From positions 1-64,000 of the forward strand of contig MCFE01000490.1 in assembly GCA_002104905.1 (NCBI GenBank): a stretch of 64,000 bases of DNA, written 5' to 3'. The notes beneath the pieces are model-generated. The model saw only the letters and a list, made by a program, of their open reading frames with translations. It was not told where the DNA came from and made no database searches. Both the position numbers and the translations under genes were made by a program. How positions within the stretch are numbered: position 1 is the stretch's first letter; each line of letters begins with the position of its first letter. The stretch comes from Basidiobolus meristosporus CBS 931.73. Its lineage: Eukaryota; Fungi; Basidiobolomycota. Below are positions 29,157 through 42,751 of the stretch, in pieces.

Positions 29157-32100
29157 ATGTCTTCACTATTATACTCCAAGCATGCCAAACTGATTGAGAA
29201 CTGTTATCCAACCATTATTGGTGAAACCGCACCCAAGTCCAGCGAAACCTCCTACTTACTCTTCTACGCCTCATCCAGGCCGGCCAAATTATTGAAGGTA
29301 GCCAACTATCTGGAGAAGCGGATGCAAAATGATACCTACAAGAAACGTAAATTGTGAGTGACCTCAAGCCTATCCCTTATAAGGACCTGTAGAGAACCTC
29401 CTGAAATAGTACACTAATGGAGCCTATTATATTCTAACTTCCCAGAGATACCAAAGTGACTTTAGCCATCATGAATTCCCTGTTGACAACCTGTACAAAA
29501 GACATCAACTTGTTTGCCAAAGGCGTGCTCAAGTCCATCTCACTGGTTCTCGATTCCGGAGATCACGAAATCATGTGGGAAGCTTGTCATACGGTATGCC
29601 AGGATTGTTGCCCCCTCCCTTACCACAGTCTAGTTGACCAGGCTCTTGTTTACAGTTTGGAGAGTTCAGTGCATACTACGACGGCTCTGCTCTGGGTGTT
29701 GACAAAGAGCTCACCCTCCTACTGGACTCGCTGATTATTAGATTTTGTAGTTTCTGCGATGCTAGTCATGCTGAAACTCAAGAGAACGTGCTCAAGTAAG
29801 TCCTCTTCCTCCAGGTGACGGGTCAACTGAATGAGTCTAAGTTTTCTTGCTGCCAGAATGAAATTGTTAGGTTTGAAGGCTATCGGGCCGCTGATGTCCA
29901 GTGAGCTGATCAAAACTACTCACGCAAGGGATTATTTTGACTGTATCGTGCCCTCACTTCTGGTCAATATACAACAACTCGAGGCCAAGCATTCCGGGAA
30001 CAATGCTCCGAAGCACGAGGCTAGAAGCTCCTGCAGGTAGGACCTGTTTGTTCGGATTGAAGCTGTACTCTACTGACGTCTGGATTGTAGTAGCAGTCAG
30101 ATCCCAGAGGTCGAAGAATGCGAGACGGAGCTAGCGACAGTCACCGTGGATGCTCTCGATTCAATTGCCTTGAAGCATTTCAGAAGCCTGATCCGAAGCT
30201 GCGGCGCAGCCAATCTGAACATCGTCACTGAGTTGGCATTCAAGTAATCTTACGAGTTGACAGAGTTCCTATGAAAGGCGAGCTCATTCTTCCTAGATTT
30301 TTAGATGATTTCAATATGTGGCACCGTGAATGCTACGATATCAGCCTGGTCCACTTCCTGATAGCAGAGATGGAGGTTGGTAGTGTGTCATGTAGGATGT
30401 GGATCTCTGTTGACCTAAACCTTACTTAGTCTTCTTATCGCCACATCGTGATCAACGAAATCCTGCGGAGACTGAATTCGTGCACCGGTGGGGAGCTCAA
30501 CCAGAAAAAGGTCATGCTAGCCTCGATGCTCGCGTCGGTGCTGACCAATCGTACCATCACAGTGGGCATCTCTGTCCTGGAGATTCTGAACGCATTGATC
30601 AATCATTTCAATAAATCCTTCGACGATGGCTCTGAAGGAATCCTGGCTTTCCGTGAGAGTTTGCTCGAGGCAGTCGGTAAGAGAGGCACGGACCATTCAT
30701 CGGCCACATATTTCTCACATGAAATTCCTGCATACAAAGGGGGTCTGGCTACCCACGTATACTATCCTGATCAGATCAACGACATCCTGAGCTTCATCGT
30801 GAATAAACTACGCCTTGGCTCTCGGGAGGAAACCATCGACGGACTCCCCATCTCCACTTTACGCGTGGCTCTCCTTCATTGCATGTCAGTGGTTGTCTCC
30901 AAAAATGAGAAGCACACCCAAGAGCAAGCGGCGATCTGTAAAATCGGGATTCCATTCCGTATCATCTCACCTACGCTCTCACTGTTCATGGACGAGAATC
31001 TGAGTACGTAGACGCTTGCACTTACCCCTCCCTTCTCTTTGTGGTCTCACGCTGCTTTGATATAGCTGTACGCAAGGGGTACGGATTGTTCTTTCTGTCA
31101 TATCTTGATAGTGATATTGAGAATTGGTAGGTGCATCTTAGATGGCGTATATGGCTGGATACTGATTCATTCAATCCCCTTAGGAGTATACCCTCCCGCA
31201 AGCTCTCGTCCAAGGGAAGGGTATGTATTTCTCTCGTTCATCCAACCGCGAGTCAACCCCGCTAAACCTTGGATTTGTAGCTGATCTATCGAGCCAATGA
31301 TCCGGGAACCGAGTTCCGAACGTCCATTCACGAGGTCCTCTTCGACTATGCCACCTCGAACTTCACTCTTCCACTAGACTACGCCTTGATCCTATTCATT
31401 TTAAAAACAATGATTCGCAAGTTCGAGCACGAAGAGTTTGTACGGGCCATCCCAATGCTGTTCAAGCTTCAGGTATGCCAACGGCCATTTCAACCTCATT
31501 CCTTTCGATCCTCCATTGACCTCATCCCCATCAGGCGTTAAATGAACACACCCCACCCGAGGAAGCTCTCTCCCAGCAAGCTTTAAATCAGGTTATCGCA
31601 TCGTACTTCCTCCACGCAAGTGAGGTGCTTGAGATCCCCCAGCTGACCACCTACACTGAAGAGGTATCCGGAAGATTAAGGATCCCCTCACCACCTACCA
31701 TTCTCACTTACCCTTCCGTAGATAATTTCTACCAGAAAGGCGGACAATCAGTGGTGGCCGGAACTTGAGCTTACGGAGCCCTCCGATCTAGAGAAATTAG
31801 AAGGAATAGAATTCAGGTAGAGCTCTAGTGGAGTTGAATCCTATCCTTCTCCACCGCCAATCCCGTTCAATAACCATGTTCACTTCGTAGCCATCTGGCC
31901 GCCCCACTGTCGCAGACCCCACATGCGACCATCTCCTTAGAGAAGATCAAGAACATATTGAGCTGGAACTCGGAGCTCTGCGGGAAATATGCCGACCTAG
32001 AGAAGCGGCTCTCCGCGGATTACGTGCCGAACGCGAACGGATACGACTTCCAGAACACGAAGGGGAGGATTCGTACTTCTCGGATCATCGATGGACTGAA

Positions 32101-32641
32101 GCCGAAAATCGCCCAGCCCGCTAGAAACAAGTCGGAGGTGGGTGGCCTAGCGGTGAACCATACAGCCTTACTTCCCTGGCACTCACACCATTCCCCCCTT
32201 CCTACCTCTAATCTAGAGCCCTTTGGGAGAGACAAAACCTGTGAAATTCGAGACCTTACGGGACGCCCTGAGTAAGTTCTCCTACTTATGACGCGTGCTA
32301 CAATATCGCCTAACCCTTTCCCCCCTAGAATCGGTCAACGACTACAGTGAGGTGGATACTGACTCCTCTGACCGACAATCATGGTCACGGAGTACCACAG
32401 ATAAGGTAAATCACCACGTCTTCACCGCCATGTCAAATTCACTCATCAGCCTCCCCAACAGACCAGAAGCGTCCGATCGAACGTCTCCGACATCCTTAGC
32501 AAGATCAGCGCGAAGAGTTCCAACAGGTAAGATACCCACACTGTGTGCCTTATCCATCTGGATCCACCTTCTCACTTACCACATCAACCTAGCTCCCTCT
32601 CCCTGGTCAACAGCCCATGCTTGACGTCCCGAATCAAATAG
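29157..32641 (+). CDS. EFR3: EFR3 (plasma-membrane scaffold of the PI4-kinase complex), many introns
   Basis: N-terminus KHAKLIENCYP...SSETSYLLFYASSRPAKLLKVANYLEKR, plus HVYYPDQINDIL. The stop was inferred from manual splicing of the last exons (SPCLTSRIK-TAG at 32639-32641). Confidence 0.85.
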
Positions 32642-34162
32642 TCGTCCGCGCTATCCCCCTTCCCGCTGGCCCTAGCTCTGCTCGCTTCCCTTCCCCAGTG
32701 ATTCCTCTATATACCCCTACCCTTACTCACCTGTTCCGCCTTTGCCCCCTTGACTTGATGAATAAACCCACCACCCAATCACGGCTTCTCCCGGCCCACC
32801 GCACATGTCCTGACCCCTCCCAACCCGGACCAAGCGCACTGGATCTCTGTGGCTTCCCAGGGAATACCTGGATGATGGCAGCGGAGATGGGAGGCTTATT
32901 TTGTAACCACACTTCCATTGGGATACCTTAAAGCTACTCGGTTACTGCTGTCGGTGGATATTACTTGGCGTTCAACGTTCTTTTCCCTTGAAACCAAATG
33001 AATAATACTTCCGCTGATGCCTATGCTCATAGTACCCCATTTTACATACGGCGTAGGCAGCTGGATTGGAGAATCTACGCCATGAACGAAAACAAAGACT
33101 TCTAAACCCATTGTGAATACGTTCATTCTGGTGAAAAGTAGCACGTACCTGGCCGTTCTGATTTGGTGAGGGCCAAGTGCAAGATAAGACCGGTGGACAG
33201 GTATTGAATGTACCTTTGGGGGTAGTGCTCCTTGTAGCAAGTAGAACGGGGTTTTCATAGCTGCGCGGTTGGCAAGATATCCATGGAAGTGTACATCATT
33301 CAGAGTCATGGATCATCTCTGAAAGCATTGTATCATTCTAGGATCAACCAAAGGGACAGGGATAATACTGCCAGAAAGTATCTGGATCAATGGCATACTT
33401 GAGCTGGAGCCTCTTCAACCTTCTTTGTTTGTACTCTATAAGGCCTTGCCACTCAATGACTTTCAGGTTTTCTGGGATTCAATCTATTTTGCTATAGGCG
33501 AGGGAGACTGCCATAAAAAGGCGGGAATGCCAGAAAATAGCCAGCAAACAATCAAGGAGGTTCTACCTTAGCCTACATTTCATATGGATGCCACCTCAGT
33601 GCCATGATGCTTGACAGAAATGAAAGTACTTTTATGATGATTTTGTTTATACCCAAGTTATGCATATTCCTTACGATTATGGAGTAAAATGTCATTTTAA
33701 GTGTTACTTCTTTAGCAGCTGCTTTCCTTGACGTATATACATTTCATATATGAATGGTGTGGTTAACTGTACATATATAGCTTGTATGGTACCCAACTGC
33801 AATTACTGTGGTTGCTTCGTCTTAGCAAGGTTGAATAATTTCTCATGTGGTGTCTAGCAGGAATTTATAATAGAGGTTACTACTCATCTAATCGTCATAG
33901 TCATAACTAGGTGTAATCTAATGACCACATACATCATATAGAAATGTAATTTACAGGTACAGCTGACCATTTGGATTAGTTATGTCACCGCATGTTTTTG
34001 GTTGTTGTGGACTCTTGGCGAGATGTGTTATAAAGACGCAGAGAATGAGTTCATGGCATTTAATACGTAAGTGATGAGCTGAGTTCAAGAGCAATATTAA
34101 CAAATACATGAGAGTTTACTAATCCCACATGATACAGTTTCGTATACTAGTGTTGATCCTTC

Positions 34163-36091
34163 CTAATCCAGGATTTGCAGCCATTTTTCAGCAACCATAC
34201 TGCATTGATACCCCGCCAATGCATGGGCTACTTTATCTGCTAATGGCTTCAACGTCTCCTTCACCGCATGTCCAGATACTTCTACTACAACATTGAGACA
34301 TACCATAATGCTCGTGTAGTCGGCGTGGAGTACTCGGACCTTTTTCTCACAAACGTCCACACTTTCGAAATCCTCAGCTTCAAGAGTGCTTACGATGACC
34401 AGATGCTCCGCGCGAGCCTGGAAAGCACTGAGGGCCGCAGAAACACTTGGCGTTACGGTGATTTGAAGCGAAAAATAATTCAGCGCAGATGTAGCCGAGT
34501 CAATCAGCTTCGTCACGCATTGAATGGCCCCATCGGAAAGCTTGGTATTTGCGATTGGTACTGGTTTCCAGTTAGACCCCTGGTCAAGATATTCCTGAAA
34601 AGACTTTTGCAAGTCCGAAATCTTCCCCACCAGCACTCTCGTGTCTTGGGAGAAGGAGTCTGGATCGGCAAATTCGATCCCAGTACCTTTAAACGGGTCA
34701 CCTAGAGGATAGTACGGAAGTTCGGATGTGCTGGAGGTGTTGTCCAGCCCTGTGATGCCGGGTGTCCAAAAGTGGTGATCTGGGTGACCATTCTTTTTAT
34801 CTTCTTGGTCTAGGAGCTCAGTATTGGTATCGAAATGATCCCGATTGTAGTTATCATCCCGGCTCTTCCAGTATGTTGACCCATCCGCGTAGTTGTCCGG
34901 GTAGGTTGCGGGATCAATCCACGTTCCCCGTTCTTCGTCGCCAAGGTGGGGACCAGCACAAGCATCGATTGCAAGCATCTTAACCTTGGTATATTTCGAG
35001 GGGTCAGGATGCTTCTCAAAGAACTTTTCCTCCTTTTCAGGATGAAAGTCCGGGCTCCAAGATAAGAAGGCATGGTTTCTAAAATAATGCCTTGTAGTTT
35101 CATTCTCTTCGACGATCTGGTATTTTATATTTCCTTTGAAGAAAGGGCTGTTGCAAGGACCCCATCCGACGAGCGATGCTTTTCGAGGAATGAAGCCAAA
35201 CTTTTGGTGGTACTCCCATGCCACGCAGTTGTAGTCGATTCCCAGAGACAAAGCTACCTCGACGGCGGCAGCCTGGTCGTAGCAGTTGACTAGACTGAGG
35301 TCACCATGGGATACGGACAGGCGATATGCCTCGAGCCATGCCGATAGTCGAAAATCACCTCCGTAATTATTGTAATGCACCTCCTTACGTTGGTCTGAAT
35401 TAGGCAACACGAACTTGGAGGCACCATTGTAAACATTGTATTTGAGCCAGTGATCTTTAGTGTTGGATGCCTCACCAGTGATCGGTTTGGCCGATCCATG
35501 GCAGATCTTGACTACCAATGCAACCCATTCCTCACGAGTCGCCACGCCCTGGGCGGTTGCAGCACGAACAAACATGCGTAACAGGAGAAGTGGTACGCCT
35601 TTAGCGAAGTACTTTGGAAGTTTATAGCCAAGGAGGTAAAGTTCCATAGGAATATCCTCCGCGTAGAGAGACTCGCCTAGGACCCCATCGTCTCCAATGA
35701 CGTGCAGCGAGAATTTGATCATACCCGAGAAAGACCACGGATTATCACTATAGAATCCTTTGATCTTGTAATCCTCCATGCTGAAGACTACCGTACCGTC
35801 GCTAGATCCCTGAGATTTGCCACAAAGATAGAATTTGGCTGAAGTGTCAGTTGTCAATTGCAGCTTCTTGTCCACTAGTTCCGAAGGAATGCCGCTGACT
35901 TCGATAGAAAGCAAACCAGCCTGATGATCATTTTGTATAGCTGCAGGACGTTGAACCTTTTGATCAGCTTTCGCGTCGTAGATGACATCTTCCTCAGAGT
36001 GTTTGGCTTGATGGTCCAAGATGTCCTCACTCGAAACATTCAGCTTTAGGCGTAGGCCTTTTCGGATCTCAATGCGCTCGATTCTTGGCAT
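34163..36091 (-). CDS. Uncharacterised intronless 642-aa protein with a candidate transglutaminase/papain-like Cys-His-Asp triad
   Basis: Long clean ORF from ATG 36091 with motifs VNCYDQAAAV, LVGWGPCNSPFF, YFRNHAF and IDACAGPHLG. No signal peptide is apparent. Confidence 0.75.
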   Translation of the reverse strand: MPRIERIEIRKGLRLKLNVSSEDILDHQAKHSEEDVIYDAKADQKVQRPAAIQNDHQAGLLSIEVSGIPSELVDKKLQLTTDTSAKFYLCGKSQGSSDGTVVFSMEDYKIKGFYSDNPWSFSGMIKFSLHVIGDDGVLGESLYAEDIPMELYLLGYKLPKYFAKGVPLLLLRMFVRAATAQGVATREEWVALVVKICHGSAKPITGEASNTKDHWLKYNVYNGASKFVLPNSDQRKEVHYNNYGGDFRLSAWLEAYRLSVSHGDLSLVNCYDQAAAVEVALSLGIDYNCVAWEYHQKFGFIPRKASLVGWGPCNSPFFKGNIKYQIVEENETTRHYFRNHAFLSWSPDFHPEKEEKFFEKHPDPSKYTKVKMLAIDACAGPHLGDEERGTWIDPATYPDNYADGSTYWKSRDDNYNRDHFDTNTELLDQEDKKNGHPDHHFWTPGITGLDNTSSTSELPYYPLGDPFKGTGIEFADPDSFSQDTRVLVGKISDLQKSFQEYLDQGSNWKPVPIANTKLSDGAIQCVTKLIDSATSALNYFSLQITVTPSVSAALSAFQARAEHLVIVSTLEAEDFESVDVCEKKVRVLHADYTSIMVCLNVVVEVSGHAVKETLKPLADKVAHALAGYQCSMVAEKWLQILD

Positions 36092-36961
36092 GGTGGATTT
36101 GAGATGTGGTGGAGAGAGTTGAATTGATGAAACCATTCCGCCGACACTTGACTTTATATCTCTCCAAGGTGAGAAAGCAGGGCCCAGCCCCAACCGATAC
36201 ATTGTGTCAGCGATAAATGTCGGGCAAGCTGTTTAAGGCTAGAGCCAACTCCCACTTTCCATTTTGGCCAGCGGTGCCACCTGGTTCTACACATCAAGAA
36301 CCAACCTACTGTAGCATGAGCATCTTGGTGATACTGATGGGAATATACTAGTTCCTCGCTGTATTTGGGTAAAATTGGCAGCATCGGTTCCGGAATGCGT
36401 GACCAACTAGAGTTAATAACCGTCAAATATTCCTGATTCCTCTGAATCATAAATACTCTTCACAGGAAGTGGCGGTTGCTTGTGTTAACAGTGGAATGAA
36501 TCCGGGTTGATTCGCCCAAAAAATGGAATTCGAAGGTTGTGTATTGTTGAGTAACGGTTAGGGAATCACACTTTTATAGCACTGTGCAAAAATGCATATT
36601 ACATTGTATAGAAGTTTGGCCTCCTTTCGATGTCTACATGTTACACTCAGTTGGACCTTTTCCTAACAAGTACCCCACTATAATACCCTTGCATAGTTTG
36701 AACCACACTATCGTAGCTTCCTGATCTATTAACTTTACTCGTGGGAACCAATTGGCCAAATTCGTATCACTTATCTTTTGTCCGGTCACCTGGCCAGCTT
36801 GTGTTCGATCAACGCCTTGGTACACAACTATCCATCATAGCCATTTCACACAGGCCCAACGGCATCACAGTCATATATAGATATCACCCCATCCTTACTA
36901 CCATCGTGGTGTTCAAAAGACAACGGGTTGTTGTGGTTAGCAGCAATATGGACAACCATTA

Positions 36962-37300
36962 CAATCCTCCACGATGAAGTCGTCAGATCTCTGAGCTTTG
37001 CCACAAAGATCGAATTTGGACGAAGTATCGGTTATTGTAGCTTCTTGTCCGGTAATCCCGAGGGGATACCACTCACTGACTTCACTAGAAAGCAAATCAT
37101 CGTCTTCAACATTCTGATCCTTCCCCACCTATTGGTTGTTAGGGTAGTGTCGCGCTATAGCTGCTGGTCAAGTTTGGCACCACAGATGATATCCTCGTCA
37201 AAGTTCCCGATTGGATGGTCCAAACTGACCAGTACTTGGAAGAAACATCCTGCTTCAGGCGTAGGTCTTTTCGGATCTCTATACACTCGGTTCTAGGGAT
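36962..37300 (-). pseudogene. Truncated, disabled tandem copy of the 5' end of the 34163-36091 gene
   Basis: Clear nucleotide similarity (gagatccgaaaagacctacgcctgaag vs gagatccgaaaaggcctacgcctaaag; tttgctttcta.gaagtcag; tctttgtggcaaa.ctcag). The start ATG is changed to ATC, with indels and stops. Upstream 37300-37630 also matches 36092-36430. Confidence 0.85.
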
Positions 37301-37899
37301 AGTGGATTCGTGGTGTAGTGAAGAGAACTGAACTGAGCTGCTTGGCTTTATATCTCTCCAGCACGAGAGAGCAGAACCCAGCCTCAGCCGACGCCTTGTT
37401 TCAGTGATAAAATGCAGGTAAGCTATTTGAGGCTAGAGCCAAGTAGCAATTTACAGGTTCTGCTTTTCATTTCGGCTAGCCGTATCACCTGATTTTACAC
37501 AACAAAGCTACTATAGCACAGTAGCTTTGTGATACTGATGAGAATGTACGGGAGGTTACGGTCAAGAAGGCGTGACTATCTCTGGATATGTAGACAATGT
37601 ATCCCCAAGTTATTAACTGTTAAATATTGAAGTGAATCCGTACAATTTTTCAAGGCAAAGCTTGGATATATTGAGATGGATTAAAACTGCACTTGGATTC
37701 GATTCGGCCATGCGTGCATCTACACCTCCTCAAGCTCAGTTAAGGTATCAGTAGAATGCTTGCTCCCAAGCCAGCCCAACGGCGGGAACTCGGTCCTGGC
37801 ATATGGAACACCACAGACCCTATGTTTCGGGATGGCTGCGCAACTTATCTAGTGTTACACAATCGTGGTATGACATCCCTCATATCGTAATAGATCCAA

Positions 37900-38900
37900 G
37901 ATACTTACATATGACAAGAATTCTCGGTTACAGGCTATAATACGTTGGTAGAATGAGATATACTTGTTGCCTGTGGAAAATGGTAATTGTTAAAGGCGAC
38001 CCAATCCTTATTAAACTTGATTGATATTTCATAGGCCAATAAAGGAATCTGGCCAGGATCCACCTATAGGTTCTCGGATCGCATGATTGAAGCATTGCAG
38101 GGAAAATATCCGGCTTGTCTTTCATTGGGTGTTCAGTATATACTTCTGGCATATACAAAATTGTTATTTCACAGGCATTGTACTACCTTGGCTGAGCTGG
38201 GAGACCTCCAGGGCCGGATAGAGCCAGCCTTGTAAGGAATGATTCTTGTTCCCTTGGGGAGGCTGTTGAATGAAGATGGCAAGCACAACAGGTCATATCA
38301 CCCTATAAAGAATCTCATATTTGGAGTTCATTTGATAATTGACTTGTATTCTGCTGGTGCTTTGATGGTATTTTGCAGACATTCAGCCAGTGCTTTTCCC
38401 TCATATTCTTGGTTTTAAATTATTGTGGAAGTGATCAGCAGCTCATTACCAAACTTGGTGTGGACAGTATTCAGCCTAGCCTCCTACTGGGAAATATGTC
38501 CTCTTGCCTACCAAACAGCTAGAACCTAAGATAGCTGGCAGCTGTTAGTTAGGTGAGTCTTGGATCCTATGGCTTAGTAGTTTTCCAATGTGTGGAGCAA
38601 AACAGACACTAATGAGACTAAAGCACCTCAAATAGCCCTCAAAATGACCAAATCTTTTGCAAATGCAGTTTCACACTGATTATATGGCTAGATCCCACCA
38701 AAGTTGTAAGCCCCTCAAAGCCCACTATTCTTATCTCCCTGTACATCTGTGCTAAAGGTAACTTCAAAAGAGCAAGAAATTGCTCTATGTTGCTCACCTA
38801 AGGAGACAAGACAAAGTTAGTAATCTCTTATGCTACATCAGCAAAATACCTGCCCAAGTATGGGTAGAAACACCCAGGGTAACAGTTGCGTAAGTATGCA
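37900..38900 (-). mobile_element. Very degenerate Ty3/Gypsy pol remnant (RNase H/integrase), approximate limits
   Basis: Frameshifted fragments TYRWILARFLYWPMK (integrase zinc-domain-like), QLPFSTGNKYI (integrase-core-like) and FSTDV/YNQCETAF (RNase H-like). Confidence 0.35.
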
Positions 38901-39498
38901 TATTGCATTGATGAGCTGATTCCAGACCAATAATCTGAAAATCAAATTCTAATCCTGATATTTCTACATATAAGAAATAACTGAATGCTACTGTCAGATT
39001 CAACCCAGATCAGCCATCATAATCCTGTAAAGATACCAACACAATAACCACAAGTTAGAACTTCCATCTTTCTCAGTAGGCTTACAACAGGTTCTTGATA
39101 GTGTTTTGGAGATATCCAGCTAGCCTATACATTGGGATTGCTTATTATGGTAGAGATGTTGCAGACTTTCAGTGAATTTCTGATGGCTTTACCATGGCCT
39201 ACAGCAATTGACTGTTATTACAATATAATACCACAGCAGCAATTTGTACAATGCTGTTCTACTTGTCATGAACATATGACAGTCCTAAGTATATATATTC
39301 AGTTCAGACACTGTAAAACCATACCAGACAGATTTCCTTCAGAACCTTCCACCACTTCCCATCAGTTTGCCCTTGCTCATGCCAAATGGGGTAAGTAGTG
39401 ATCATATGGCCTGGCTATGTAGCTGGCAGCTCACTTTGTTACCTCATTATATGCATCATTGTCTTGTTACAACTGACATGCCAACTCCCAAAGCCCCT

Positions 39499-41672
39499 CC
39501 CTGTGAGAAATAATTTGGTCCTGCAGGTGGATCCAATATAGATCAGCTATCTGGATTGTGACGGCATTTAGCTGATTTTCTGCCAAATAAAGTAACCAAC
39601 TTAATAGTGTTTTAACAGTATTTTAGCAGGGACTTGCATGGCATTCTGACAGTCTTGATGCAGTCTACACTTATTGAGTAGACCTAATTGGCCAATACTT
39701 GCAAATGCCTTAAATGGAAGAATATTGTTGGTGTTTTAATGGCCTTGATGCAACTACTGTTGGCATTATCATGACAGTGTGATAGCCTACAGCTAGTCCT
39801 GTATAGTGCTACCATACCAATTTACCAAATTATTTTTGCTTTTTCTACCTCCCCTTGCCCTGTTCATATATTCCACTGTGGATTTACCCCTCTTTAATTG
39901 CTTACCCACCACTACCACAGGCATTCCACACATAGTTTAAATAAAAAAAGCTCTGGTCTTCTGCCCCCTAACCTCTACATATGTGAACACCTGCTGCAAT
40001 TGACACACTTCTATCACCTCAACCTTATGGCTTTATAGTGTGGTACTTGCAAAGCTCTCATATACCTTGTATTGCTGGTAACATATGCATCTTGCAAACA
40101 TATGCTTGGTTACTGCCACTCTTGTCATGAACACCTCATGAATATCCACTGATTAAACTCAGCAGTAGAAGATCCACCTGACAGCAGCTTGCTTTGACAT
40201 TCTGTGCTACATGCAGGACTACATCCCAAAAAGGCCATGTTGACAGTGTGCCCACTAAAGGTAATAATGTGATATCATCAGGCTCTCAGTCAAGTAGGCA
40301 ATTGAAAATCTCTGCAGAGCTGCAAGCTGACCACAATGCTCAGGTAGATAAGAAACCAGTAATTGCAGTACCTCTGGTGGAAGAACAGCAAATGACCACC
40401 ATAATATCACCATCACCAGTATTAGCAAGTATGTAGTCAGCTCATACCAAAGCATTAATGAAGCTATTAGGTGCAGTGGCTGATAGGATAGATGCAATGG
40501 CCTAGAGAAATCAGCAAACAATACAGAGACAAGGTGAGTGGAGATTGCATGCACAACAATCAATATCACAAATAGAGAATGCAGTATCTTTACTGCAGCA
40601 TAAAACTCAAGTAGCTCAATGTCACAGACCAGAGTAGAGCCACTTCCTAATTTAACTACAGAGAATTACCCTGCAGTCTTTGAAGCACAAAATCAGTGTC
40701 CAAAGACAAAGCATACATAAAACCTATTAAGCATGGGATGGTAAGACTGTAACACTAAAACTAAAGCCTAAAAATTAAAAGACATTGTAGATCTGTGAGG
40801 CTATTGGGTGCCATGAAGAGGATTGGACCAGCATTCAAGAGGCTGCAAGAAGTCTACTATGTCATCATGGACTATCAGGAACTCAATGGCAAGCAAGATG
40901 TACCTGACCTATTCCACAAACATATTCCAGGATTCTAGTGAGCAAAGAGATTTTAGACCAGTATTGGTGTGCAGAGAAACTATCTCAAGAATGGTGAATC
41001 TACCAAAGGTAGCAGTACAAAGGTCCATGGCTAAGAACCAGCAGCTTCCTCAAAAGCCCAGCATCAGCAGGGCAGAATACTCCAAAATAGTTGCAAAGAA
41101 ACACCAGGTTACCAAAAGAGCTCCAGTGATGACATACCAGTAGAAATTGATATGCTAATGCAGCATTTATCAAAAAAGTAATGTGGCATAGTACAAGAAG
41201 CTCACTGTCACTGTGACAGTAAAAGGCCTGGTAGAGATAAAGTTGAAGGAAAAAAGTCTACCCAAAACAGAGACAGCAATGTATGAGAAAAGATATGCAG
41301 TTATCATCATTTGAAGCTTACAACTTAGAACAACTCAAGTCACAGAATATGCAAGAAGAACTACCTCCATACCCTCCATTGTAGACAGAGTGGAGAACCT
41401 GCAGACTGGTAAAGCAGCAATGTCAAGAAGACCATCACAATATCTGAAGTGGAGCTTTAGAATATCAACAGTGACACAAGAAGTGGCAGCAGTACTTCTT
41501 TAAAAGGAGTACTCAAGAGAACACACTTGAATATTGCAAGGACTTAGTGTAATGACTGGCAGATGAGATATTGGACCTTGCAGGGCTGGCTGAAGACCAG
41601 GGCATATTGGAACTGGTGAATGAACAATGGAATAAGGTGGTAGGATTCCAGCTAATGTCCTGTGTAATGGGT
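39499..41672 (-). mobile_element. Tnp2/CACTA-like DNA transposon, deleted copy (3' end plus part of 5' region)
   Basis: Starts CCCTGTGAGAAATAATTTGGTCC, matching the end at 61261 and the reverse complement of the end at 58661. Approximately 39560-40130 aligns with 61420-61980. Approximately 41270-41670 is the reverse complement of the family 5' region (44580-44900, 46810-47000). Confidence 0.7.
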
Positions 41673-42123
41673 GCCCCTACAAAGAATAATTGTGATGATC
41701 CTACCAAAAGAATGTCAAAAATTAAATTCCCATGACTGAGAGGTATTGATGCTACAATAAAATTCCACAACAGGATGCAAATTTTTGTATCTTTAACAAT
41801 TTACAAAGCTGGGTTGTAGTTACCAAATTAACAAGATAATAATATACAAATCTGCTGAAATTGTACAAAAGTTGTTTCAAAAGTTTAAACCAAATGATTT
41901 GAGCTGGTTTAAATAATTAAAATAAAACTTTTTGCTGTGAGGACACAATGCAAGACAATTAAAAAGATTGCACCGCAAATTTGACAAAAAACTGAGTCCA
42001 ATTTTCATTGCAATAATACATAGGTGGCTTTTGATTGTTTCACTGCTAATTCTCACACTTTCTGATTACATACACTCAGTCACCTCCTACATTGTACACA
42101 TTGATTGGCAATTGCCTCTTTTT

Positions 42124-42537
42124 TGTTGTAGGAGTCTTAGAGATATTGGAAGTGATTAGGAGAGCAATTAGAATATGTGGTTTTTGCTTAATGATCCATT
42201 GAATGTAAAAGTGGTATTCATACTTTTACATAGTCTTGGCACAACAAGCACATATAATACATTTTGGATGGTCTCAAGCAAATGAGCAGAAAGCTTGGGG
42301 CTGCTTGGACAACTTTGTGAGTTTTCAGGTCTTGGGTACCTGATATTTTGGTGAAAATATTCTAACCAAATCTCAGCAAGAAATCTGGTCAGTAACTCTC
42401 CAAGACTTATAGGTAATGCTCTAAGTGACTAAGTTAAGTGAATTTATAGATGGAATTAGAAATTTCTACAGCAGATGCAACCCAGATCAGCCATTGTGAT
42501 CCTGAATATTTAGGTGGAATTACAAATTTTTAAAGCA
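42124..42537. mobile_element. Solo LTR, family D (about 350 bp, with duplicated 3' end)
   Basis: TGTTGTAGGAGTC...AAAGCA. Homologous to 51571-51919 and to the reverse of 60432-60780. Interrupts the host motif cctctttttcacactcc seen intact near 46605. Confidence 0.75.
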
Positions 42538-42751
42538 TTCTCCACACTCCTTACTTCCTGAACTAAGCAAATCAAGTACTTTTCACACATATGAACTGGT
42601 TTATCCCTGTTCAATCTTCAGTTGTAATTCAATTTTCAATTCTACAAACCTATAGGAGTTCCTATATCCAACACTTATGTTGAGCCCATTCTCACACCCA
42701 ACAAGTAACTCCATTAAATGCATCATTCAGTAAGTATTTTTGCTGTAACAC

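Noticed and set aside
32896-33309. 137-aa minus-strand ORF downstream of EFR3
   Set aside because: No motif, splice pattern or family resemblance that I can support.
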